From positions 62,001-126,000 of the forward strand of contig PPNB01000016.1 of NCBI GenBank assembly GCA_003707115.1: 64,000 bases of DNA, written 5' to 3'. A program made the translations under genes and the position numbers. The notes beneath the pieces were generated by a model, which worked only from the letters and a program-made list of their open reading frames with translations, searched no databases and was not told the origin of the DNA. The stretch comes from Tortispora ganteri (taxonomy: Eukaryota). Of the stretch, positions 31,602-41,928 are shown piece after piece (the stretch's first letter is position 1; each line of letters begins with the position of its first letter).

Positions 31602-31657
31602 TCACAGTACACATCTCCCAACTAGTATAATACACGCAAAACGGCTATTCCGACTAT

Positions 31658-32446
31658 ATGGACCTACTAAGAAGAGAGCTAAAGACATGGGAAAAGGATT
31701 TCAAGAAGAAACATGGCAGAAAACCAAACAAAAATGATATACGGTCGGACAAGGCGATTGCTTCACTTTACAAATCATATAGTGATATGAAGCGTGAGCC
31801 GAAGAATAAGATATTCAATGAAACACCTACTAAGCTAATCGGCCAAGTTGTCGGCCCAACACCGGATTTGAAAGGTCGCGTACTTAGTATATTTGATATT
31901 GAGTCATCTTCGAATCATATTGACTCAAACTCTGACTCAGATATTGCCAGTTCCACTCCTTGCGGCGCAAATGTCACTACCCCCGTCAAGTCTAAACATA
32001 TCTCGAATATGGACGAAACGCCCCTCTACCTGAAGTTCCCTATCGGTAGCTCTCCATCGCCGTTAAAACCACGCTCTAAAGGGTCCCTCAAAGCGCTTTT
32101 AGAACGTGCTCAATCTGCGCGCGAGATGCCGTCGCTCTCTCCAGATCGATCAAGCCCTGTCGAGCCTAACTCTCTCAATATACCCACAAATACTGAATCC
32201 CCTTTTACTTTCACACAACCACTCTTCTCATTTGGGTCAGTAATTGATCCATCTGATCTGTCATATTCGTCTACTGTGCCTACTACTACCCAAAAGGAAA
32301 TCTCGCCCACGAAACCTACCTTCCAAAGAAAAGTCAAGCGCAACAAGCCCGTTCATCGCCTGAAAATTGTGCCTGAAAAGATGTCTAAACCCTCGGCAAA
32401 CTATAGACGTTTAAATATCCGTGGTAAGTTTGCTAAAAGGCGATAG
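31658..32446 (+). CDS. SLD2: DNA replication regulator Sld2/Drc1
   Basis: LRRELKTWEKDFKKKHGRKPNKNDIR...YKSY N-terminus, VGPTPDLKGRVLSIFD CDK-site motif, many S/T-P sites and C-terminal ANYRRLNIR. Confidence 0.88.
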   Translation: MDLLRRELKTWEKDFKKKHGRKPNKNDIRSDKAIASLYKSYSDMKREPKNKIFNETPTKLIGQVVGPTPDLKGRVLSIFDIESSSNHIDSNSDSDIASSTPCGANVTTPVKSKHISNMDETPLYLKFPIGSSPSPLKPRSKGSLKALLERAQSAREMPSLSPDRSSPVEPNSLNIPTNTESPFTFTQPLFSFGSVIDPSDLSYSSTVPTTTQKEISPTKPTFQRKVKRNKPVHRLKIVPEKMSKPSANYRRLNIRGKFAKRR

Positions 32447-32691
32447 CTCCTTTGCTAGGTAAATTGCAAGCATCGCCGATCGATCTTATCGAGATGCCAC
32501 CTTGAAGACTTGCGCAATCATCCACATTACCTGAATTTTACATATATGCTTAATGATCTCTGTCACACACTTAGAAAATATATTATATCTCTATACTGTT
32601 GTTCATGTAGATTGTATTAAGTATTTGCTTGTTCAATCCAGGTAACTATCTCATTTCGTCGCTAGGCAACGACCCGCTACACCCAAACGGA

Positions 32692-32697
32692 ACGCGT
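32692..32697. promoter_or_regulatory. Perfect MCB element (ACGCGT) upstream of SMC4
   Basis: ACGCGT about 70 bp before the SMC4 ATG. Confidence 0.45.
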
Positions 32698-32767
32698 ACT
32701 TCGCCTACTGCTTCCTAGTGTAAACACAAACAACAACATTCCTTAAATCTCAGATTTCACGCTTACC

Positions 32768-35700
32768 ATGGAATCTAATTCTCGCACTTTGGCAGATATT
32801 TCTAATGTTGCCCGTGTTAGTTCTCTCACGCCTGCAAAATTAGATGCACCGGCTGTCGATTTAGATGTAGGAATGCAGTCACTTTCTCCGCTTCCTGCTT
32901 CTAATTCAACAAAGTTTCCCTCCAGTCCTAAAAATCAGACACCTAATAGACAGGCCGACCCTATAGCCGAGCATGATGAAGCAGTAATGACATTAAAAAG
33001 ACCAAAGTTGATTCCTAGATTGGTAATTTCACATTTGGTGCTGAATAATTTCAAATCGTATGCCGGTAAACAGGTCATCGGCCCATTTCATGAATCGTTC
33101 TCAGCCGTCGTGGGGCCTAATGGCTCTGGTAAATCTAATGTTATCGACTCGCTACTATTTGTTTTTGGATTTCGATCGAATAAAATGCGCCAAGCCAAGC
33201 TTTCAGCATTGATTCACAAATCATCGGCTGCTCCAAATTGTAGAGCATGTTCTGTGGAAGTACATTTTCGCGAAGTTATAGATCGCAAGGGCTGCGTTGG
33301 TGAAGCTGTTGACGAAATCCCTGATTCGGAACTCGTCATTTCTCGAACTGTCACTGCCGATAATAAGTCAACTTATTACGTTAATGAAAGATCTAGCTCT
33401 TTCACTCAAGTAACAGATTTGTTACGATCAAAAGGCATTGATCTAGACCATAAACGCTTCTTAATCTTACAGGGAGAAGTGGAAAGTATTGCGCAAATGA
33501 AGCCCAAAGCACAGGGAGATAATGATGACGGTTTACTAGAATACTTAGAGGATATAATCGGCACCTCCAAGTATAGAGATATTATTGCATCTGCTTTAGA
33601 GGACCTCGAAAGAGCGGATAGCGTCGCGGCCGATGCTAACTCTAGGCTAGAGACTGCGCGACATCAGACAGCAAGCCTGAAGGGCGCTCGTGATATCGCT
33701 TTCTCTCGCTTGAAAATGCAGAATGAACTTACGACCGCAAAACATCAGTTATATGAACACTATCTCCTAAAGTCTCAACATGCAACTGATCTCCTTTCGA
33801 AAGTGGTAGCAGAAACCGATAACGATTTGCAAAAATTACGTTCAGAGAATGCAGAGTCAGTTGCAAAATCTACGCAAATGAATGATGAATTAAAACAAGC
33901 AACCGCTGAGCATAGCCATAAGGTCAAAGTCGCAAAAAATGCTTCTTCGCGTGCTTCTAAATTGGAACAATCACTGATCCAGACAAAAGAAAAACTAGCT
34001 CATTTTGAATCTAAGAAAACTAAATCAGAGAAAGCAATGACAGCTGCTCAGCTATCTCTAAACGAAAGCAAATCTTGGATTTCTGAATATTCAGCGGAAA
34101 TAGCGCAGTCTGAGGATACTATAGAAAGCTATTCTGCCAATTTACAGACCGAAAAAGATAAATTGGTGCAAATAAAGCTCTCACTCCGAGACAAAACATC
34201 TGGCTTTAACAAACAAATAGAAGAATGCCAAGCCCGCATTGATCCGCTAAAAACTTCCTTAACTTCTAAAACTGGAGAGATAGCCGTTTTGGAGTCTCAG
34301 ATATCAGCTATTTGTCATTCGCGAGAAAAGAATGAAGCCACTCTTCAGGCTGTGGAAGAAAGGCTGCTTGCACTTGAAAAAGAATTAAAGGAAATCGACA
34401 CAAAGATAGAAAAATCCAATCAAGAACTTGAAGAGACTAATTCTATCCTGAAAATTGCTGAAACTCAATGTGCTAATGCCCAAGAAGGCTACCAGAAACT
34501 ACGAGATGAGCTTTCAGGACTTAGACAGAAACGAGATGAAGCGAAATCATCACTGCACACTGAAGAATCTCGAGGAATAATCATCTCTTCGCTGCTGAGA
34601 CTGAAAGAGTCAGGAAAATTGCCTGGTATATTGGGGCGTTTAGGCAGTTTAGGTTCCATTGATGATAAATATGACATTGCCGTATCAAGTGCTTGTCCCA
34701 GTTTGAATCATGTTGTTGTAGACACTGTTGAAACTGCGCAGCACTGCTTGGAATACCTACGCAAAAACAATCTTGGCCGTGCTAACTTTCTGGTTTTGGC
34801 TAAGTTACCTCAACGCAACACTGCACCGATTAGTACCCCTGAAAATATTCCAAGACTTTTTGACTTAGTTCACTTTGATGACAAAAGATTAGAACCTGCA
34901 TTTTATCACGTTTTAGCAGACACGTTGGTGGCTCAAGATCTTTCACAGGCTAATAGAGTAGCATATGGGGCTAAACGCTTTAAAGTTGTTACACTGCAAG
35001 GGCAGGTTATTGATAAAGCGGGTACTTTATCTGGCGGTGGCACCAAAGTTTCAAAAGGATTGCTAAAGAAACGATTGAATGACTCTTCAAGCTCCTCGGA
35101 TGTCAATGTTCAAACTGTGAAACGTCTAGAAGAGGAAACTGCAACCCTAGAGAAGCAGTTTGAGAATGGAGGAAATGCCCTTAAACAAATGCTTGAACAA
35201 TTTGAACAGCTGAAATTGAAGAAACCAAACCTTGAAAGTGCATTAAAACGGTTAGCTCTTGATAAAACTAATGCTCAACGCAACATTTCTACGGCCATTA
35301 AGGAAAAAGAAGAAATACAAGCTCAGTTTAGCCCTGATTCATTTTCGGAAGACGATGCGCGCTTAGTTCAGCTCAAAAGTAGTAAAGAAAAGCTTGAGAA
35401 GGAGACGTGTAAGCTCTCCGCTGAAATCTCTACAGTACAGGAAACTATCTCGGAACTAGAGGAGAAGATTCTTGAAGCTGGTGGTGCGAAACTAAGAACT
35501 CAACAAGCAAAGGTAGACGATATGGTTTCTAGGTACGAATTAGCTTCTGAGAAGCTTGTGTCTAGCAAAAAATCTTTAAGAAAGGCCGAGCTAGATTCTG
35601 GAAGGCATCAGAAAACCATTGATCGCTTGGAGCAGGACTTGTCCAAACTTGAGCAGGAAATGGAAGAGTCTAAGAAAGCACTGGAAGAAGGATCTTCGCA

Positions 35701-36760
35701 ACTTGCTGAGGCGCATGCTGAGGCGGATAAGCTAAATGGCGAAGTTTTAGAGCATGAAGGGAAAATAGAGACGCTACGTTCAGAAATTGACGAGTTGACG
35801 TCTATGCTCGAAGATTTTGCTACCAAGGAGTATGAGTTAACTGAGAAGCAGGCACGGTGCCAAAAAGAGCTTGAAGAAAGTGTGAAAGCTTGCCAAACAC
35901 ATGTTAAGAAGATTGAAAATCTTGTGCTTCATAATCTGCGACATTATGAAGTGCCTGAGATGGCAGTTAACTCTCAAGGCCAGAATGCGCAAGATAGCAA
36001 TTATGCTAGCGCTGAAGAAATGGAAGAGGATATTTATTTACCGCATTATAGTGCTGATGATGTGGAATCATTTGATGTTGGTATGCTAAAGACGAAAGCA
36101 CATGCTCTGGAAGTAGAATTAGGCTCGCAGCCAGTTGCGTTTAATGCTCTTACTGATTACAAGCAAGCAGCCTTAGTTGAGCAAGCTAGACGGAAAGAGG
36201 TTGAGCAAGCTATTTCGTTACGGGATGAACGCAAAGAGTATGCTGAGAATCTTAAAAGTACAAGGTTGACTGAATTTATGGCTGGATTTGAGGCTATATC
36301 CGACAAGCTCAAGGAGATGTATCAGATGATTACGTTAGGTGGCATGGCTGAGCTGGATTTAGTTGACAGTTTGAATCCATTTTCAGAAGGCATTTCGTTT
36401 AGTGTTATGCCACCTAAGAAAAGTTGGAAGAACATTTCTAATTTGTCAGGAGGTGAAAAGACGCTGAGTTCTCTAGCCTTAGTTTTTGCATTACATCACT
36501 ACAAACCTACTCCCTTGTATGTGATGGATGAGATTGATGCCGCTCTTGATTTTAGGAATGTTTCTATTGTTGCTAGATATATTCAGCAACGTACTAGGAA
36601 TGCTCAGTTTATTGTAATTTCACTTCGAAATGATATGTTCGAACTATCGAAACGGTTAGTTGGAATCTACAAAGTGAACCATATGACTCAAAGCGTTTCG
36701 CTAGACAATATTCCTATTGAAGAGCTGGAAGAGGGATCAGAAACCCCCCAAGAGTTATAG
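32768..36760 (+). CDS. SMC4: Condensin subunit Smc4
   Basis: NFKSYAG, VGPNGSGKSNVIDS (Walker A), GIDLDHKRFLILQGEVE, hinge GRLGSLG, LSGGEKTLSSLAL and YVMDEIDAALDFRNVSI. Confidence 0.97.
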   Translation: MESNSRTLADISNVARVSSLTPAKLDAPAVDLDVGMQSLSPLPASNSTKFPSSPKNQTPNRQADPIAEHDEAVMTLKRPKLIPRLVISHLVLNNFKSYAGKQVIGPFHESFSAVVGPNGSGKSNVIDSLLFVFGFRSNKMRQAKLSALIHKSSAAPNCRACSVEVHFREVIDRKGCVGEAVDEIPDSELVISRTVTADNKSTYYVNERSSSFTQVTDLLRSKGIDLDHKRFLILQGEVESIAQMKPKAQGDNDDGLLEYLEDIIGTSKYRDIIASALEDLERADSVAADANSRLETARHQTASLKGARDIAFSRLKMQNELTTAKHQLYEHYLLKSQHATDLLSKVVAETDNDLQKLRSENAESVAKSTQMNDELKQATAEHSHKVKVAKNASSRASKLEQSLIQTKEKLAHFESKKTKSEKAMTAAQLSLNESKSWISEYSAEIAQSEDTIESYSANLQTEKDKLVQIKLSLRDKTSGFNKQIEECQARIDPLKTSLTSKTGEIAVLESQISAICHSREKNEATLQAVEERLLALEKELKEIDTKIEKSNQELEETNSILKIAETQCANAQEGYQKLRDELSGLRQKRDEAKSSLHTEESRGIIISSLLRLKESGKLPGILGRLGSLGSIDDKYDIAVSSACPSLNHVVVDTVETAQHCLEYLRKNNLGRANFLVLAKLPQRNTAPISTPENIPRLFDLVHFDDKRLEPAFYHVLADTLVAQDLSQANRVAYGAKRFKVVTLQGQVIDKAGTLSGGGTKVSKGLLKKRLNDSSSSSDVNVQTVKRLEEETATLEKQFENGGNALKQMLEQFEQLKLKKPNLESALKRLALDKTNAQRNISTAIKEKEEIQAQFSPDSFSEDDARLVQLKSSKEKLEKETCKLSAEISTVQETISELEEKILEAGGAKLRTQQAKVDDMVSRYELASEKLVSSKKSLRKAELDSGRHQKTIDRLEQDLSKLEQEMEESKKALEEGSSQLAEAHAEADKLNGEVLEHEGKIETLRSEIDELTSMLEDFATKEYELTEKQARCQKELEESVKACQTHVKKIENLVLHNLRHYEVPEMAVNSQGQNAQDSNYASAEEMEEDIYLPHYSADDVESFDVGMLKTKAHALEVELGSQPVAFNALTDYKQAALVEQARRKEVEQAISLRDERKEYAENLKSTRLTEFMAGFEAISDKLKEMYQMITLGGMAELDLVDSLNPFSEGISFSVMPPKKSWKNISNLSGGEKTLSSLALVFALHHYKPTPLYVMDEIDAALDFRNVSIVARYIQQRTRNAQFIVISLRNDMFELSKRLVGIYKVNHMTQSVSLDNIPIEELEEGSETPQEL

Positions 36761-36872
36761 TTAGAACCGAGATGTGTATATTATTCAGCTAAGATGATTG
36801 TGGAAAATTCTTTTTCTTAATAAAAAGAAAGAAAAGAACCACCGTATTTAGTAGATGCGATGTAATGAAGCT

Positions 36873-38174
36873 CTACATGAGTAGTTTTTGCAAAGATTGC
36901 TGAATAATGATATCGTCGACAGACATCATTGTCTTCTTTATTAGTTCAGTATCAATAGCTGTTGTTTCGTGAACGTATACTGCATCCCTAGAGGGACTGA
37001 TGTCAAGGAACTGTTTAGTGTAAAAGGCAAGGACCTGGTCGATAAGATGTTTCTTAGATGATTGTAAAGCGAACTGTTCAAATGACGGGAATGCAACAGT
37101 GAATGACTCTAAGGTCAAATTTGTTCTGAGAAGATCCATTTTATTAAGGAAAATAATGACAGGTTTGCCAGAAAACCAATGAGAATTAATGATCTGCTTG
37201 TATATCATGAAAGCTTCTTCCATTTGGTTAGTAGAATTGTCTTCCTCAATAACCTGGCTGTATCCAGCAGCATTAGCAATAAATAAAAGCAAATCTACGC
37301 CTTCAAAAGAGTGTATCCATTTTCGTCTTTCGGATCGTTGACCACCCACATCGATCATGCGATAGGTCAAATGGTTTGTGGATTTAGTCGGTTCAAATAT
37401 GGTTTCGTGTATACCTGAGGTTGGCGCCCGCGCCTGGAGGATGTCAAAGTTTGTAGGCATGTATGACTTAGCAAATATTCTCTCAAGGTTTCGATAAAAA
37501 TATACAATATTGTCGTTTATGCCGTAAGAGTAGTACTTGTCGAGTAGAGTCTGAACTGCAGCATCACCGCTGATAACCCGCAGAGCGACGTACAAGTGGC
37601 GGGGCAAATCTTTGTGAGGGTCAGTATAAGAGTACTTCCCATCCACGAGATCTTTAGCCGCTGTTTCGGCGGTTACTGCAGTAAGAGATGTGGAAATGTC
37701 TTCGTTCAATGCAAGAAAGGAGGTTGATTGTACCTTTATGTCATTGGCGAAAGGTATTCGTTGTCTGTTCAAGACGTAGATTATCTTTAGAGTAGAAGTG
37801 ATGAGATTTTCGTATATTACAAGTTTGTATCGCAATCTTTCATGGTCTTTGAACCCAGAAGTATGCAGCAATCTCATCTGCTTAAGCACTGTTGATTTTC
37901 CCGACGCTCCTGGACCAAGAAGCAGGATTTTGACTTGCAGATCATCATCTTGTTTGCGCAAAGAAATTGATCGCGTAATTGACCGATCAATGGAGGCAGC
38001 AAGTGAACGACTGATCGATGAACCTGATGACTCAATAGAAGGAACTATGTCGGGGTTGGGCGGTTCTGATAGATTTCTCCATGGAAATGATGCAGAGTCC
38101 TGTGGTCTAATAGTAGCTAATGCGATAGCTTGATCACCAGGGTTCGGTACTTGATTCAAACAAACACAACCCAT
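36873..38174 (-). CDS. Heterotrimeric G-protein alpha subunit, divergent
   Basis: Start MGC at 38174 (lipidation motif); KILLLGPGASGKSTVLKQM, DVGGQRSERRKWIHSFE, FLNKMD and HETTAIDT. Confidence 0.93.
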   Translation of the reverse strand: MGCVCLNQVPNPGDQAIALATIRPQDSASFPWRNLSEPPNPDIVPSIESSGSSISRSLAASIDRSITRSISLRKQDDDLQVKILLLGPGASGKSTVLKQMRLLHTSGFKDHERLRYKLVIYENLITSTLKIIYVLNRQRIPFANDIKVQSTSFLALNEDISTSLTAVTAETAAKDLVDGKYSYTDPHKDLPRHLYVALRVISGDAAVQTLLDKYYSYGINDNIVYFYRNLERIFAKSYMPTNFDILQARAPTSGIHETIFEPTKSTNHLTYRMIDVGGQRSERRKWIHSFEGVDLLLFIANAAGYSQVIEEDNSTNQMEEAFMIYKQIINSHWFSGKPVIIFLNKMDLLRTNLTLESFTVAFPSFEQFALQSSKKHLIDQVLAFYTKQFLDISPSRDAVYVHETTAIDTELIKKTMMSVDDIIIQQSLQKLLM

Positions 38175-38922
38175 AGAATTTGTACCAGTAAGTGATGAAA
38201 TAAGTAAACAGTAAGAAAGCAAGTTTGCCGCGAGGGCTGATTATTAAGCAGTCTCGAGAGAGGACTTACGCAAATATGACCTTATCTCGGAGTACTAAGT
38301 GAAACTTAATAATAAGGAAATAACTCTAACAATCAACAAAACATAGATCAGCATATCTCAAAAAGGAATAAATTAAGAACATGTCATTTTTGACATTTTT
38401 AGAATAAATATGAGACAATAACCGAATAATAATCGCATCACATTTGCTCATAATGCACTATACCTCATTTTCAAAAGTGTGCTATATTGTATTACTTTAC
38501 GAGGTAATTCCGAACTTCAACGTAATCTTCTTTACCGCTTTCAAAGATGTTTCATCCTTGGCAAATGTTTGATATCCTATCAGAGTTGATGACGCTATTT
38601 CCTTTTTGGTGAGCCAATAGCGAGTACTCTGGTTCATTAAAGTTGTAGAAAAAAAGTATTTAGAACTACGACTCATATCATATAGTTTAAAAAAATCCTG
38701 GCAGTTTATTTTTAAAAAGCTTAAAATGTCTAAGATAGCCGCGACATATAATCGATGTTGTTCAAAATTAAACCAGACAGTCTGTCGGAACTGCTTTAAC
38801 TACCAAAATCATCGATAAATCAGATTGCTCCCTCGTTTATTACTAAACTGATTCACCATATGGTACCCATTGACATAGATTCAAGTGATACAAAATTAGC
38901 TTGATGTCAACTGTATTCGAGA

Positions 38923-40941
38923 TTAAACGTCATCCGGATACTTTAGCTGAATAACGTTCGTCCTGTCAAAAATAGAACGTGCCCGCACATATGGATCTAA
39001 ATCGACATAGTTACAACGAATCTCCCATATTAGCTTCTTTCTTTTCTTAATAAGCTCCGCATCGGGATTCGCGCTTGAAGCATACTTCAAAGTAACTTTT
39101 TCAAGTTCACGCGTAAGTTGATCTCTCTTCTGTTCTAGCGATCGTCTTGTTTTCTCATCCTTTAATTTGTCATCTTCATGTTCTCCAGGTGGTATATATT
39201 GGTATTCATAGTCATCAGACCCACCATCTGACAAAGGCAAATAACTCGGATCGATAAATTTTGCTAAATCAGAACCAGATTTAGTAAAATGAATCTTGGA
39301 TGCTACTACTGGATCTAGCCAGCCCTTCACAACTTTCCAGATTCCTTGGAAAACCCAGGGCGCTTGATGCACAAGACACACTCCGAGTGATTCAGGGTAA
39401 TGTGCTTCAAAGCATTTGATCATATACTTGAGAGGACTATAATCCATATTAGCCAGTCCAAACCCAGTCATGTCAAAAATAACAGTGGCAGTATCTGCTT
39501 CATCTCCTAAACAAAGACGAGTGTTCTCAATAATATAAATGATATACTTATTCATAGATTCCTCTGAATATGCCCCGGATTTATGTAGTCTGACACGTAT
39601 ACGACATACTTGACGTCCAACCTTATCACGACCACGCACAATACACTGCCCTTTTTCAACTTGAGCCATAAAGTCGTCATCGTGCTGTTCAAGTGCACCT
39701 CGTTCTCCTTCCATTGCCAACTTAGAGACATGCGCTTCTTTAAGACGCCAATGCAACGTAGACACAAGCATGATAATGGCTTTGTCGACGTCCCACTTCC
39801 TAGCACGTAAAAATCTCAGAAGCATACCATCAGCATTATCACCCTTAACTAATTCCCAAAAAGCATTACGGAGTTCGCTAGGAGTAAGCTCAGCAACAGC
39901 TTTACGAAAGGCCTTGTGTATCCCATGTTTATCGTTAGACTTAGACATATTAGACCATTGGGATGCCGAGCGCTGAGTAGGTAGATAGGGTTGTTTAGCC
40001 GCGTCGGAGTGCGCTTCGATCGCGGTTGTAGCAGTGGTAGCAGAAGATGGCGGAGTAGGGAGAGAACGTTTGTTTTGGACTGAAGAGGATAAGTCTTCAG
40101 TAACTTCCGCTAATGTATGACTCTGGTTGTCTATATGTGCAACCAGTGTTGAAGTGTTATCAGATGTAGTATTGTCAGAGAGGGAGTAGCTCTGCAACGA
40201 TTTCTGCAAGTCGCTTGGCGCAACATTGTAGGTGTCTGATAAGGCATCTTTGGATTTAGATTTCTTTTTTATGTGGAGCTTCCTCCTGAGATAAGAAGTA
40301 AATTTCTTGCGACTTTTCTTGAAGGTGCTTGCGATGGATCGAATAGAATTAGTGGTTGATTTTATAGATGTTGTATCATAAGGGTCCCTTGAAACAGGTG
40401 GCGCCCTTAAAGTCGCGAGATTGCTAAAATGGCGGCCAGTTTGCGGAGAGTCAGTAGATACCGGGGAGGCATCTATAACATCTGTTATATCAAGATTGTA
40501 AACACTATAGTCTCTAGCAGTAACGAATGAAGCAGCGTCATCGTCATCATCGGAGTAAGATTGACTTAGAACAATGACGTTAGAGTGGCTGCTTGAGGCT
40601 ATAGGGGACAAACTATCGGCCTCATCTATTTGAAATAGTTCAATCAGCTTTAGCCATGCTTGTTTTAGAGTTTCTTCCTGTTCTTTTGTCAAATTGTCAG
40701 GTCTGCCAGGCAGATTAGCAACTTTTGCAGGCATCGTGGATTGGGCGGGAGAATCGAAAGATGGAAAACTTAATAGTTTAGGGTGTAATGATACACCTAT
40801 AACTAAGGGGATACCGAGCAGCAGGACCGAACTGGCTCGTTTAGTGGAGATATTTAGCGATCTGTATGTAGAAAAGCCACTTCTGAAATATCTAAAAAAA
40901 GAATTCTGTAATCTGAAGCTAGTGTACAGCCATTCATGCAT
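38923..40941 (-). CDS. CSR1: CRAL-TRIO/Sec14-family lipid transfer protein, Csr1-like; second possible start at ATG 40734
   Basis: PGRPDNLTKEQE, DGMLLRFLRARKWDVDKA, IFDMTGFGLANMDY, KCFEAHYPESLG and WLDPVVASKIHFT. Confidence 0.85.
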   Translation of the reverse strand: MHEWLYTSFRLQNSFFRYFRSGFSTYRSLNISTKRASSVLLLGIPLVIGVSLHPKLLSFPSFDSPAQSTMPAKVANLPGRPDNLTKEQEETLKQAWLKLIELFQIDEADSLSPIASSSHSNVIVLSQSYSDDDDDAASFVTARDYSVYNLDITDVIDASPVSTDSPQTGRHFSNLATLRAPPVSRDPYDTTSIKSTTNSIRSIASTFKKSRKKFTSYLRRKLHIKKKSKSKDALSDTYNVAPSDLQKSLQSYSLSDNTTSDNTSTLVAHIDNQSHTLAEVTEDLSSSVQNKRSLPTPPSSATTATTAIEAHSDAAKQPYLPTQRSASQWSNMSKSNDKHGIHKAFRKAVAELTPSELRNAFWELVKGDNADGMLLRFLRARKWDVDKAIIMLVSTLHWRLKEAHVSKLAMEGERGALEQHDDDFMAQVEKGQCIVRGRDKVGRQVCRIRVRLHKSGAYSEESMNKYIIYIIENTRLCLGDEADTATVIFDMTGFGLANMDYSPLKYMIKCFEAHYPESLGVCLVHQAPWVFQGIWKVVKGWLDPVVASKIHFTKSGSDLAKFIDPSYLPLSDGGSDDYEYQYIPPGEHEDDKLKDEKTRRSLEQKRDQLTRELEKVTLKYASSANPDAELIKKRKKLIWEIRCNYVDLDPYVRARSIFDRTNVIQLKYPDDV

Positions 40942-41293
40942 ATTGTATGAAGGAATTGCGATCGGGAAGGGTGTCTGAAGGCTAATTGTATGCAGAAGGC
41001 GGATCGAGACGAATTAAGCACGAACAATAACGTAAGAATTTCAAGATGTAGCAATTGATATATTCTGGCTTAAGATAGGTATTGCCTCTGTGTGGTAGGA
41101 ATGCAATGTAGTAATATACTAGTCAAAAGCTGAATACCGAAGGATGCAGTGGGAATCTTAAAGTGTGAAGTTGAGATTTATGAGAGTGTGAGGTTTACCC
41201 AATCAACAATACTACACACCGAATAACCCAAAGCAAGAGTTGGCCTCTTCGAGCGAAAATTGGCGTAGAATTCGCACTTAAGGGGCAGGAAAA

Positions 41294-41902
41294 ATGGCTA
41301 AACACTTCTGTTATTACTGCGATATTTATTTATCACATAGTTCGAGATCTGTCAGACGATCGCATAATGCAGGACGACATCACATAAAAAACGTGATTGA
41401 GTATTATAAAAAGCATGCAAATTCAGAAAAAGAAAAAGCTTCGTTAAAAATTATGTCATTAGAAGGCATAAGTCCGATTTTAATTGCTGAATATCTAGAG
41501 AACGGTAATGGTAACAGGATCATTAATAGCAAGCGCATATCGTTCAGTAGCGAAGAAGATATGCGGCAAATGCAGAAACACACAGGATGGCAGGATAGGC
41601 CGCTACAATCACAGCAACCCCAGCGGTACCAGCGGTCTGGACAACAAAGTCAAGGCCAATATAATCAAAATGGCCAGCAAAGACAGGGGCACCGTCAAGC
41701 TCCATGGCAGCAAGGACGACAAGGACAATATGTACATAAACGATCACAAGGGTATCATCAGGATCAGCGGCAAGGTCAACAGCGACAAAGTCAGAACCGG
41801 CCGTATGGCAGTCAGAGGCACGATAACCGTCATGATAGGGGCAACCGGTACGATCACAAACCTCAAGGATCTAGAACGGATCGGTACGGTAAACCGCTAT
41901 AA
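41294..41902 (+). CDS. YHC1: U1 snRNP protein C with a Q/G/R-rich tail
   Basis: [30 protein letters not shown] matrin-type U1C zinc finger. Confidence 0.88.
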   Translation: MAKHFCYYCDIYLSHSSRSVRRSHNAGRHHIKNVIEYYKKHANSEKEKASLKIMSLEGISPILIAEYLENGNGNRIINSKRISFSSEEDMRQMQKHTGWQDRPLQSQQPQRYQRSGQQSQGQYNQNGQQRQGHRQAPWQQGRQGQYVHKRSQGYHQDQRQGQQRQSQNRPYGSQRHDNRHDRGNRYDHKPQGSRTDRYGKPL

Positions 41903-41928
41903 ATTATAGAAAAGGTTCATATAGTTTA

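Noticed and set aside
38175..38269. GTAAGT on the minus strand upstream of the G-alpha ATG, a possible 5' UTR intron
   Set aside because: The only plausible acceptor (CAG) gives a 33-nt intron with no convincing branch point.
41508..41909. 133-aa alternative-frame ORF overlapping YHC1
   Set aside because: Explained by the low-complexity tail lacking stops in the shifted frame; no motif and no frameshift signal seen.
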